Positions 17,495 through 25,871 of a stretch of 64,000 bases of DNA are shown piece after piece. Location of the stretch: positions 1,040-65,039 of IMG/VR virus record IMGVR_UViG_3300046004_002544, one strand, 5' to 3'. Each line of letters starts with the position of its first letter. Position 1 is the first letter of the stretch. A program made the position numbers and the translations under genes. A model generated the notes under the pieces. The model saw only the letters and a program-made list of their open reading frames with translations, was not told the origin of the DNA and made no database searches. Source of the DNA: a virus (lineage: Duplodnaviria > Caudoviricetes).

Positions 17495-19285
17495 TTATTC
17501 GCAGGACCTCCGACCGGTCGTCGGGTCCCATTCGCATGACGGCCCGGAGCCTTCCGTCTGGAGGAGCCGGCCAGCGTCCCGCAGGTCATCGGGGAAGGGC
17601 AGGTCCGCCGGTTCGAACTCCTCGCGGAAGAGGCCAGCGCGCTTTCCGTCCTTGTTGAAGGTCGTGCAGCCCTTGGCCCCGCCTTCGTAGGCCATGTCGT
17701 ACAGGCCGCAGAAGTCCTCCCAGGGCATCGAGCCGTCCACGTTGACCGTCTTCGAGACCGCGCTGTCGATGTGCCTCTGGGCCGTTGTGAGGACCCCGAT
17801 GTGCTCGACAGCCGACACCTCGCCCATGCTCGCCCGACGGCCCCTGACGTCCAGGAAGCCAAACCCGTGGTCGTACAGGGTGACCCGCTCGCGCCCGCCG
17901 TCCATGATGATCCAGCGCTCCTGGCCGTACCGGTAGACCGGCTCGATGGAGGAGCTGATGTTGTCGGCCGACAGGGAGATGGTGCCGGTCGGCGCGATCG
18001 AGGTCAGGTGGGAGTTCCGCAGGCCTTGCCGGCGGATGCGCTGCTGGACGTCAAAGTCCAGGGTGCGGAAGAACGCCCCGCGGCAGAACAGGTCGACGTC
18101 GAACAGCTCGAAGCTGCCCTTCTCGACGGCCAGGTCCGAAGAGGCGATGTAGCACTCGCGGGTGAGGCGGTGCAGGACAGCGTCTTCCATGGTCAGGAAC
18201 TCAGGCGACCCGTAGGGCAGGCCACAGGCCTCCAGGGCGTTCGCCAGGCCGGTCACACCGATGCCCATCCGGCGCTTGCTCTTGGCCTCGCGCTCCTGCT
18301 CGGGCAGCGGATACAGCGCCCGGTCGACCACGTTGTCCATGGCGCGCACGACGGAGGGCACGTCGGCCGCCAGGGCTTCCAGGTCCAGCGCATGGTGGTT
18401 GGAGCCATAGACCGGCACCAGGTAGGCAACCAGGTTGAAGGACCCGAGGAGGCAGGCGCCGAAGGGCGGCAGGGGCTGCTCGCCACAGGGGTTGGTCGCC
18501 TCGATCTCCTCGCAGTACCAGAGGTTGTTGCGCCGGTTGATCTGGTCCATGAAGAGCACGCCAGGCTCGGCCCAGTTCCAGGTCGATCGCATGACCTCGT
18601 CCCAGAGCTCGCGGGCGTCGACCGTGTCGTACACCTCGCCCTCGAACTTCAGGTCGAACGGCCGGCCGGCCGCCTTGGCCTCCATGAAGTCGTCGGTGAC
18701 CCCGATGGACATGTTGAAGCCCTGCAGCACGCCTGGCTCGTGCTTGGCGGTCACCCACTCTCGAATGTCGGGGTGCCAGATGGGCAGCACACCCATCTGG
18801 GCGCCCCGCCGGTTGCCATAGGAGCTCGTGGCGCCACAGACCCCGTCGAAGATGGGCATGAAGCTCAGGGGCCCGCCGGAGCGGCTCATGAGCTTCTTGA
18901 TGAGGGCATTCCGCGGCCTCAGGTGCCCAAACCCGTAGCCGATCCCACCGCCCATCCGCATGGTCGCGGCGGCCTGTTCGGCCCGGTGCATGATGGAGGA
19001 CTGCTCGGGGTTGTCGCGGGCGACGAAGCTGTCGGGGATGTTCCCGGACACGTAGCAGTTGTAGGGGGTGACCGCTTTGGGGCAACCCATGGCCGCCTGG
19101 ATACGGCCCGCAGGCATGAAGCGCTGGCCCAGGAGAACGTCCAGGAACCGCCCGCCGTGTCGGTCGTCGTCCTGCAGGGCGGTAGCGACACGGCGCATGG
19201 CCTGGTCGAACGTCTCGCCGGGCAGCCGGTATTTCTCGGCGTGGATGCGATCGGCGTAAGCGGTCTTTGGGCCGTGGTGGCTCAT
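17495..19285 (-). CDS. nrdJ: Ribonucleotide reductase, class II (B12-dependent)
   Basis: 'FMPAGRI', 'YNCYV', 'RRGAQMG', 'ATNPCGEQPL', 'IAPTGTIS', C-terminal Cys pair (CEWD...SCE). No beta subunit gene in the window. Confidence 0.88.
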   Translation of the reverse strand: MSHHGPKTAYADRIHAEKYRLPGETFDQAMRRVATALQDDDRHGGRFLDVLLGQRFMPAGRIQAAMGCPKAVTPYNCYVSGNIPDSFVARDNPEQSSIMHRAEQAAATMRMGGGIGYGFGHLRPRNALIKKLMSRSGGPLSFMPIFDGVCGATSSYGNRRGAQMGVLPIWHPDIREWVTAKHEPGVLQGFNMSIGVTDDFMEAKAAGRPFDLKFEGEVYDTVDARELWDEVMRSTWNWAEPGVLFMDQINRRNNLWYCEEIEATNPCGEQPLPPFGACLLGSFNLVAYLVPVYGSNHHALDLEALAADVPSVVRAMDNVVDRALYPLPEQEREAKSKRRMGIGVTGLANALEACGLPYGSPEFLTMEDAVLHRLTRECYIASSDLAVEKGSFELFDVDLFCRGAFFRTLDFDVQQRIRRQGLRNSHLTSIAPTGTISLSADNISSSIEPVYRYGQERWIIMDGGRERVTLYDHGFGFLDVRGRRASMGEVSAVEHIGVLTTAQRHIDSAVSKTVNVDGSMPWEDFCGLYDMAYEGGAKGCTTFNKDGKRAGLFREEFEPADLPFPDDLRDAGRLLQTEGSGPSCEWDPTTGRRSCE

Positions 19286-19387
19286 GTAGCTCCTCAATGG
19301 TCAGCAGGGACGGAAAAGGGCGGGGCCCGAAGGCGCCCGCCCGTGCTCTCGATGATAACTCTCTGGGAAGTCGAGTCGAGCCGACGC

Positions 19388-19636
19388 TCAGAGCCTTCCG
19401 GCTCTCCAATCGGCCCTCAGTTCTTCCAGGTCGTCGTCCGCCTCGCGGCTCTCGGCGGCGCAGTCCTCACACTCGCCATCATCCAGCTCGCCCTCGGCCA
19501 GGACGTGCTTGTTGCACCCGGAGCAGCTCCAGATGTCTTCGGAATTGTAGAGCTTGCCGCCGACCTTCACGACCAGCTCGCCCATGCCTTCGGCCTCGAG
19601 CTCGTCCACCTCGGCTTGTGTCAGTGCATCGGCCAT
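19388..19636 (-). CDS. Small acidic Zn-ribbon protein
   Basis: CSGC...CEDC. ATGA-type overlap with the upstream gene. Confidence 0.6.
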   Translation of the reverse strand: MADALTQAEVDELEAEGMGELVVKVGGKLYNSEDIWSCSGCNKHVLAEGELDDGECEDCAAESREADDDLEELRADWRAGRL

Positions 19637-20190
19637 CAGACAGTCTCCTCGGCTGCAGCCGCATCCACGGGGGATACAGAGGATCGCGGCCGCATCTGGG
19701 GGAGCGGCGGCCAGGGGTCACCGACGTCCGCAGCGTCCGAACGCATGTGGACGACGTACCACCGCAAGCAGGCGGCGGATGTGGAGGCTTCCGGGAACTC
19801 GGCGGCCAGGATGTCGAGGATGGCTCGGTAAGTCAGGCCGATCGTGTGGCCGTTCTTGTTGAGCTGGGGTTTGGAGGGGTCTTCGGGGTCCGGCACCTTG
19901 TGCAGGAGCAGCTCGTGGCTGCGGGCCTTGATGTGCCTGCCAAGCCGGTGGTTCTGGCGGCGGATCAGCTCGATCAGGCCGTCACGGGTGATGCCCCACT
20001 CGGCTTCAAGGCCGTTGTCGGCATGCTCGACCGGCTCGAACTTCTGCTGCCGGCCGGTCTCAGGGGCTTTGCCCAGGGCGTCGACGCTTGCGTTGTATGC
20101 GTCGACCTGGGAATTGTAGTGTGAGAGAAGCTGCCGGTCAGTGGCAGTTGTGGGCTTGGGCTTTGAGGGGGGCTTCTTGCTGTCTTCCAA
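19636..20190 (-). CDS. Hypothetical protein with a C-terminal 'EFPEA' helical domain
   Basis: Probable TTG start at 20190 after GGAG. Contains 'LTYRAILDILAAEFPEASTSAACLRWY'. Confidence 0.6.
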   Translation of the reverse strand: MEDSKKPPSKPKPTTATDRQLLSHYNSQVDAYNASVDALGKAPETGRQQKFEPVEHADNGLEAEWGITRDGLIELIRRQNHRLGRHIKARSHELLLHKVPDPEDPSKPQLNKNGHTIGLTYRAILDILAAEFPEASTSAACLRWYVVHMRSDAADVGDPWPPLPQMRPRSSVSPVDAAAAEETV

Positions 20191-20277
20191 GGGGCTACTC
20201 CAGGAGGCTTTCAACGGCGTGCGGCTGCACTTCACCCCCTGAGTACACTGAAGCCCAAACCTGCGTACATGCCCCTC

Positions 20278-20718
20278 CTAGACTTTTCCTGCCATTGTTG
20301 TGAGAATTGTCGACGCACTGGCATATGGGTCGATCTTGTTGAGGGCGTCCAGTTCGGTGACGGTCAGCCTGCGCTCCAGCAGGGCCTCAGAGGCCGCACC
20401 GTCCACCAGGTAGTGCCGCCGCTTACCTTCGCCCTCATAGCGGATCAGAACCCAGTGCCTGCCACCTGCCCGCGTCCGGCGGAGAGCACGTCGCACTTGG
20501 GCGGGTGTGATGTCGACCCAGGCATCTCCGCACTTGAGGACGCGGGCCACCTTCAGCTCGCACCAGAAGGTGCCGCCCCCGATACACCCCTCGACGTCCG
20601 CGGTGCCGACGGCCACGCAGTTCTCGATCCGGATGACGTCGTGATAATCGCCAAGCAGCATGCCTGGGTTGGGCTTCAGCCAGGCCCACAGAGAGGCTTC
20701 TCGGGAGCGGTCGGCCAT
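20278..20718 (-). CDS. PD-(D/E)XK nuclease, Holliday-junction resolvase / VRR-NUC-like
   Basis: 'RIEN...GTADV...FWCELK...ITPAQ'. Confidence 0.72.
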   Translation of the reverse strand: MADRSREASLWAWLKPNPGMLLGDYHDVIRIENCVAVGTADVEGCIGGGTFWCELKVARVLKCGDAWVDITPAQVRRALRRTRAGGRHWVLIRYEGEGKRRHYLVDGAASEALLERRLTVTELDALNKIDPYASASTILTTMAGKV

Positions 20719-21209
20719 CAGGTGGACCGGCGCCAGATGTCAACCGTGACGTCACCAAAGGCGAGCCTGTCAGCCGTAGCCCAGAACGGGCTGTTCTCGA
20801 GGAACGGCGTGACCGCATCAACCTGGGCACGCGAGCGGTCCATCCCCGGGTAGGGGAAGGCATGCGCATGGGCGTGGCAGATGTAGGCCTCATCCACCAG
20901 GGCATGCTCCAGGGCATCCAGGGCGATCGTCTGGCCCCCGATGAGCCAGGCGCCGGGATAGGCATGCGCAAAGCGACCGAGGGTCGTGTGGCCCAGCTGG
21001 TGTGAGAGGGTCACGACAGTCTGGCCCTTGAGGGGAGGCATGAGCGCTGCGGTCTTGCGACCAGCGCCCAGGAAGCCTGTCCCGACCTGGGTCAGCATGC
21101 GGAAGACCCGCTTGTCGTCCTTGCCGGTCCAGCGCATGTCGTCGTCAGGCCCGCGGCTGACGAACCCGTCCGCCGACACGACCATGATGAGCTTCAGTCC
21201 TTGGGGCAT
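20718..21209 (-). CDS. Dihydrofolate reductase (divergent)
   Basis: 'LIMVVSADGFV...DMRW...DKRVFR', 'GRKT...PPLKG', 'WLIGGQ'. Confidence 0.78.
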   Translation of the reverse strand: MPQGLKLIMVVSADGFVSRGPDDDMRWTGKDDKRVFRMLTQVGTGFLGAGRKTAALMPPLKGQTVVTLSHQLGHTTLGRFAHAYPGAWLIGGQTIALDALEHALVDEAYICHAHAHAFPYPGMDRSRAQVDAVTPFLENSPFWATADRLAFGDVTVDIWRRST

Positions 21210-21646
21210 TCCATCCTCGCTTGCTGGACGCCCATCTGCGACAGGAAGCCTTCGGCCTCCTGCTGCTCCGAGGCCCAGGAGCTCTCGGTGTTGATGGGCG
21301 GGGTGACCACGCGGGAAATGCCCGCACGGTGGATGACCATGGCGCACCTCAGGCACGGGGCGTCCGTCACGTAGATGGTCCAGCCTGTGACGTCGCTGCC
21401 TGCCTGGGCGATTGCGTTGTCCTCGGCGTGGAGGCTGTACCGGTTCTTGATCTCCTTGTCGAGGATCACGCCCTTGAGGGACTCCTCAAAGTCGCGGGGC
21501 AAGCCGTTATAGCCCCAGGAGACTCGCCGGCCATCAGGGGAGACCACGACGGCCCCCACCTTCTTGTTCCGGTCCTGGCTCCAGGTGGCCACCTCTAGGG
21601 CGATCCCCATCAATCTGGGGTCCCACTTCGCCGTGGAGCGGGTCAC
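21194..21646 (-). CDS. dCMP deaminase family protein
   Basis: 'KVGAVVV...GYNGLP...HAEDNAI...PCLRCA' Zn-deaminase motifs. Confidence 0.88.
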   Translation of the reverse strand: MTRSTAKWDPRLMGIALEVATWSQDRNKKVGAVVVSPDGRRVSWGYNGLPRDFEESLKGVILDKEIKNRYSLHAEDNAIAQAGSDVTGWTIYVTDAPCLRCAMVIHRAGISRVVTPPINTESSWASEQQEAEGFLSQMGVQQARMECPKD

Positions 21647-22503
21647 TTCACCACCTCCGGGCGACAGTGGTAGACCGGCTGGACGGCTTCGGTCTGCAGC
21701 TCCCTGGCCAAGGCCACGTAACCGTCTTTGTCCCGCTCGATCAGACCCAGGCTCCAGTGCGGCAGCTTGGGCGCGTCGTCGCAAGGCGTGGAGCCGAGAG
21801 CCTCCCAGGCCATCTGCATGTGCACCTCGTACAGGTGTGGGTGAGCCAGGGTCACGTGCATGACCCCGAGCTGCACACCGAGGCTGCAGGCCACAGCGTC
21901 CATCAGGAGGGCATGCCCCATGACGTCGTAGGGCAGGCCCACGAAGACGTCACTCGACCGCATGACCAGGGAGGAGTTGAGCCGCCCGTCACGGATCGAC
22001 AGGGAGAAGCCGACCGGACAGGGGACGTTCTTCTGCCCTTGGGCGCCAAGGCCGTCGGCAGCCGGGTCCCACGCTGAGACCCAGACACGCCGGTCGGTCG
22101 GGTTGGCCTCGAGCGCCTGGACCGCCAGAGCGATCTGGTCACGCCCAAAGTGACCTCGCCAGCGGTAGCCGTAGGCCCCGCGGATGGTGAACCCGTCGTC
22201 CTCCACGAAGTCATTCCAGACCGGCGCGTGCTGCTTCAGCCAGGTGACGTCGCTCGAGCCAGACAGGAACCAGGCTACCTCAGCGGCGGCCGTCTTCATG
22301 AAGGTCTTCCGGATGCCACACGTGGGCACGTGACCGTTCCGCAGGTTGAGCGTGAAGGACACCGGGTCCAGCGAGCGGATGCGCTCGCCGGTCCGCTCAT
22401 TCAGCTCGGAGTAGTCGGTCTTCAGGAGACGCATCAGCAGGGTCTCATAGGTCCCCCTGAAGAAGTACGGCGGGTTGAAGGTCGTGAGGGAGGAGCCGCT
22501 CAT
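21643..22503 (-). CDS. Thymidylate synthase homologue, possible dCMP methyltransferase
   Basis: 'YGYRWR', 'VPCP' catalytic Cys, 'RSSDVFVGLPYD' with Asp at the Asn177-equivalent position, 'HLY'. Confidence 0.85.
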   Translation of the reverse strand: MSGSSLTTFNPPYFFRGTYETLLMRLLKTDYSELNERTGERIRSLDPVSFTLNLRNGHVPTCGIRKTFMKTAAAEVAWFLSGSSDVTWLKQHAPVWNDFVEDDGFTIRGAYGYRWRGHFGRDQIALAVQALEANPTDRRVWVSAWDPAADGLGAQGQKNVPCPVGFSLSIRDGRLNSSLVMRSSDVFVGLPYDVMGHALLMDAVACSLGVQLGVMHVTLAHPHLYEVHMQMAWEALGSTPCDDAPKLPHWSLGLIERDKDGYVALARELQTEAVQPVYHCRPEVVK

Positions 22504-23465
22504 CGGGCTCGTCCCATCAGGCCCAGGCGCGCCGCCAGGGCGTCGACCTGCCTGGACAGGGCGGTGAGGTCCCCGTTGTTGTCGAGGTGGTAGTCGGCCA
22601 TCCAGGGCTCAACCGTGCAGGACTCCCGGCCTTCCGGCGAATGCCTGTCTGAGGCGTCGACCCAGACAGCGAAGTCATAGACCTGGGCGAGCTGGCAAGC
22701 CGCCCACTCGCGCCTGGCGCGGAGGCCGACGTAGATGTCCGCCTCGGAGTAGAGCAGGCGGGCGAGGCGCGTCGGGTCCTCGGCGTTGTAGCGGACGATC
22801 TCGTCGTACCAGAGAGCCCGGTGGTTGACCCGGTCATCGAAGCACTCCTCCGCGGTCTGGTAGGCTGGCAGGCCCAGCGAGGCGACGCTGGGCATGATGA
22901 TCTGCTCGGCAGCGATCATACTGGACGACTTCAGGCGCAGGCCATAGCGCTCGGCCAGCATCTCGGCCACCGTGTCCTTACCGTGGCGGGCATGGCCGAG
23001 GATCAGGACGCGAGGCTTGCGGCCGAGGACACGGGGCTTGTGCCGGCGCTCCATCTCGAGGTACAGGTCGCGGACGGATTTGCGGGGCGGGCCGCGCCGG
23101 AGGATGGCAGAGTGGTCCGGACCACGCCAGCCCTCGGGCTTAACCGCATCATGGCCAAGCGAGCCGGGCCGCTTTGACAGCGAGCCCCTGCGCTTGGCCA
23201 TGTTGGCGCGCTGGACTTCGTCCCAGTGCGCCTGCGGATCATAGGCGCCCAGCTCGAAGACGCGCCCGAGGGCGAAGTACGCCATGTCCAGGCAGGCGTC
23301 GATCTGGTCCTCGACGGTCTCGGCGTCGGCGAACTCCTGGACTTCTTCACCCATGGCGGTCAGGAACCAGGCCTTGCGGTCCGGCCCCATCATGGTCGGG
23401 ACGTCCGGGCAAGGCAGCTGCACCACCTCCCGGATGAATTGCCCCACGTCGTCAATCTGGCTCAT
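22500..23465 (-). CDS. MazG/PRA-PH-like NTP pyrophosphatase fused to a deoxynucleotide monophosphate kinase
   Basis: N-terminal 'EEVQEF...DACLDMAYF...WDEVQRANMAK...KPEGW'. C-terminal P-loop 'GHARHGKDT'. Confidence 0.78.
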   Translation of the reverse strand: MSQIDDVGQFIREVVQLPCPDVPTMMGPDRKAWFLTAMGEEVQEFADAETVEDQIDACLDMAYFALGRVFELGAYDPQAHWDEVQRANMAKRRGSLSKRPGSLGHDAVKPEGWRGPDHSAILRRGPPRKSVRDLYLEMERRHKPRVLGRKPRVLILGHARHGKDTVAEMLAERYGLRLKSSSMIAAEQIIMPSVASLGLPAYQTAEECFDDRVNHRALWYDEIVRYNAEDPTRLARLLYSEADIYVGLRARREWAACQLAQVYDFAVWVDASDRHSPEGRESCTVEPWMADYHLDNNGDLTALSRQVDALAARLGLMGRAR

Positions 23466-23527
23466 GCGTCTGCGGCTCCTAGAGATTAGAACCGGAGAGT
23501 GCAATGCCTGGAGATTACGGTCGACCG

Positions 23528-24205
23528 TTATCCTTCGAAGGGGTCGGTGCAGCCAGCGGGCAGCGTGACGATGGCGACGTCGCCCTTGACCACGTAGCCG
23601 ATGCCGTGCTCCTTCTGGAGGAGGTACAGCTGGCTCAGCAGATTGGAGCGGGTGATTGAGAACTCAGCGGTGGCCTCGTGGATGGACCTCGCGCCGTTCT
23701 CGCCGGCCATGAAGAAGGCGAGGACTTCACCACGGCGGCCGGCTCGCTTGACCGGCTTGAGGAGACCCAGCACGTCGGCCTCCTTGCCACCCGTGGACTT
23801 CGTCTCGGAGCCTGCGGCGATGGCGAGCATCGGCACCTCGACACCGAGCGCCCGCATGACCATGGCTGCCACGTCAAAGGAGCGCTGCCAGCTGTTCTGG
23901 CAGGCCTCTTCCCACTTGGCCAGCAGGTTCGCCCGGTGCCAGTCGGGTCGGAACTCATGCGGCGACCGGCACAGGCTGGCGTACTCCGCCGAGATGCGGG
24001 AGACCTGGTGCGCCTCGAAGGAATAGGGGCAGAACAGGGTGACCAGCTTGCCGCCCTTGTCGATCACAAAGACCTGACCCCAACCCAGGTGGGGGCCGTC
24101 GACAACGGACCGGTGAGCCTGGCCCTTGGCGCTCTCGCCGATCATCCAGTAGACCCTGCCGAAGAGCAAGCCGTCGGCGACTTCGACGGGGGGCTCAGCC
24201 GGCAT
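23528..24205 (-). CDS. Hypothetical protein with possible C-terminal winged helix
   Basis: 225 aa. 'RSIHEATAEFSITRSNLLSQLYLLQKEHGIGY' is HTH-like. Confidence 0.55.
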   Translation of the reverse strand: MPAEPPVEVADGLLFGRVYWMIGESAKGQAHRSVVDGPHLGWGQVFVIDKGGKLVTLFCPYSFEAHQVSRISAEYASLCRSPHEFRPDWHRANLLAKWEEACQNSWQRSFDVAAMVMRALGVEVPMLAIAAGSETKSTGGKEADVLGLLKPVKRAGRRGEVLAFFMAGENGARSIHEATAEFSITRSNLLSQLYLLQKEHGIGYVVKGDVAIVTLPAGCTDPFEG

Positions 24206-24362
24206 CGGCAGCCCCCTTTACGATCTGGCCTTCGAACTCGAGGAACTCTTCTGACGTGCAGCCGCACGACCCGCAGAGGCTTTCCACGTCGTCGTCATCC
24301 ACGACAAACGCATCAAGCAGGGCGGCAACGATTTTTGCCTGTGTCGGGGTGATCTGCAGCAT
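24195..24362 (-). CDS. Small acidic hypothetical protein
   Basis: MLQITPTQAK..., tightly coupled to both neighbours. Confidence 0.5.
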   Translation of the reverse strand: MLQITPTQAKIVAALLDAFVVDDDDVESLCGSCGCTSEEFLEFEGQIVKGAADAG

Positions 24363-24363
24363 G

Positions 24364-24603
24364 CTAGATGAGCTCCGCCATGACGAGGGGAAAGTTGAAG
24401 GGGTTGAGGTCCGTGGCCGGCGCCAGGCAGGCCCGCGCTCGGAAGAGGAGGCCTTCATGGGCAAACTCCTCGGAGACGATCGGCACGGCCCCGTGACCGA
24501 GGAAGATGGGGGTGGAGACGTCCTGCATGGGCGACGCCAAACCGGGCTCCCCGGTCGCATCGGCGAACAGGAAGGATGGCGGGGTGTGCGTGGTGAGCGG
24601 CAC
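24364..24603 (-). CDS. Small hypothetical protein
   Basis: GTG start after GGAG, downstream of promoter P8. Confidence 0.5.
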   Translation of the reverse strand: MPLTTHTPPSFLFADATGEPGLASPMQDVSTPIFLGHGAVPIVSEEFAHEGLLFRARACLAPATDLNPFNFPLVMAELI

Positions 24604-24636
24604 TAGTCGAACTCCAGGGCGGGATGCCCTCCCCTT

Positions 24637-24665
24637 ATTATAACATGGCCAAGGCCACGTGTGAA
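24637..24665 (-). promoter_or_regulatory. Promoter P8 with the GGCCTTGGCC palindrome inside the spacer
   Basis: Minus strand: TTCACA-CGTGGCCTTGGCCATGT (17 nt)-TATAAT. Confidence 0.7.
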
Positions 24666-24685
24666 CCCCTTGTCTGGAGAAAAAG

Positions 24686-24716
24686 AAAGGGCGCGGATTG
24701 CTCCGCGCCCTTCTTC
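24686..24716 (-). terminator. Rho-independent terminator
   Basis: Minus strand: GGGCGCGGA-GCAA-TCCGCGCCC-TTTCTTTTT. Confidence 0.75.
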
Positions 24717-24735
24717 CGTCGTCGATGCGCCGGCC

Positions 24736-24993
24736 CTAGCCGAGGGGGTCAGCAGCCTCTTCGGCCTTGGCCTTCTTGACGGCGCGGGCCGACGGGATCG
24801 TCGGGTCCTTCTTGCGGGCCTCGTTCCTGTACCAGCTGACGCTGGCCAGCGTGGTCTTGGCCTCGGGGAACTCGGCCTGAGCGGCTTCCAGGGCCGCCTC
24901 GTTGGTCTTGCCGGCCGCGATGGCTTCGCGGATCACGGTGCCCACGCCACGGCGCGGAGCCTTCGGTTCGGCGGTCTCGGTCTTCTCGGTCAT
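24736..24993 (-). CDS. Stand-alone 'EFPEAKT' domain protein, putative DNA-binding
   Basis: 85 aa: 'GVGTVIREAIAAGKTNEAALEAAQAEFPEAKTTLASVSWYRNEARK'. Confidence 0.75.
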   Translation of the reverse strand: MTEKTETAEPKAPRRGVGTVIREAIAAGKTNEAALEAAQAEFPEAKTTLASVSWYRNEARKKDPTIPSARAVKKAKAEEAADPLG

Positions 24994-25092
24994 GGTCTCA
25001 CCCCTTCCAGGTGCTATGCCCGTTTAGGGCGCTCAATTGCTTGCTTGAAGACCGTACGCAGGGCTGGGGCTGCGGCGAGCCCTCGCTGGACG

Positions 25093-25446
25093 TCAGCCGC
25101 CCAGCGAGCGCGACTCGTAGCAGCCAGCGCGGCGGTCCCATTTGAGGACCCGGATGGGCGCGTCAATGTCATCGACCATCTGCAGGGCGGTGAGCACAGA
25201 CACGCTGAGTGCGATGGCCACCGGGTCCCCGAGGAGCAGCAGGTGGTCCGACGTGAAGTCGAACTGCCCGAGGGCCTCCGTGAGCGTCCTACGGGCCTCC
25301 GTGAGGTCTGTCGGGAGGTTCCCGTAGCCGAGCACGCGCACGAGCTCTCCGAAGGCCCTGGCGGGCTCCAGGTCGAACTTCTCGACCCACTCGCCGCGTG
25401 GGCCTTCGCGTCTTGCCGGCGCCTGTACCACGAAAACCCTGCTCAT
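25093..25446 (-). CDS. Hypothetical protein
   Basis: 117 aa with 'DHLLLLGDPV...LKWDRR', ATGA coupling to the upstream gene. Confidence 0.65.
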   Translation of the reverse strand: MSRVFVVQAPARREGPRGEWVEKFDLEPARAFGELVRVLGYGNLPTDLTEARRTLTEALGQFDFTSDHLLLLGDPVAIALSVSVLTALQMVDDIDAPIRVLKWDRRAGCYESRSLGG

Positions 25447-25871
25447 CTCACCAGCTCCAAATAGCTACGCGCCAGCTTGTCAAACACCTCGTCTGGCCAG
25501 CTGCCCTTCGCCAGATTATATGCCCAGCAAACCAGGCGCACGTTGCCCTCGATGTACCCAAGCTCGTTGTCGATGCGGTCGAGGCTTGGGGCCCAGGGGT
25601 TTTTGTCAGGCCCATCCCACTCAGTGGACAGCGGCAGGCCAGTGACCGAGCAGACCATGGGAGCTATGAGCTCCTCAACCCGCTCGAGGGTTAGGGTGCA
25701 CTCGTGGCCCCTGCGCCTGGCGTTCTTCTGGCAGGCTGCAAATATGGCGTAGTGTGGCTTGGCTTTTCGACGGCGTTTATGCCAGGCAAGCAGACGCTCA
25801 CGATTTGCAGGATCGCGCTGCCAGGCTGCCGAGGTGGCGCGTTTCTTGGCTGCTCGCTCTTCGTCAGTCAT
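25443..25871 (-). CDS. HNH-like homing endonuclease
   Basis: 'CSVTGLPL...PSLDRIDNELGYIEGNVRLVCWAYNLAKG'. Appears less GC3-biased than its neighbours. Confidence 0.75.
   Translation of the reverse strand: MTDEERAAKKRATSAAWQRDPANRERLLAWHKRRRKAKPHYAIFAACQKNARRRGHECTLTLERVEELIAPMVCSVTGLPLSTEWDGPDKNPWAPSLDRIDNELGYIEGNVRLVCWAYNLAKGSWPDEVFDKLARSYLELVR

Noticed and set aside
21643-22503. YuA/M6-type dUMP hydroxymethylase with thymidine hypermodification
   Set aside because: I saw no 5-hmdU DNA kinase or amino-acid:DNA transferase genes. The adjacent DHFR and the Asp at the specificity position favour dCMP methylation.
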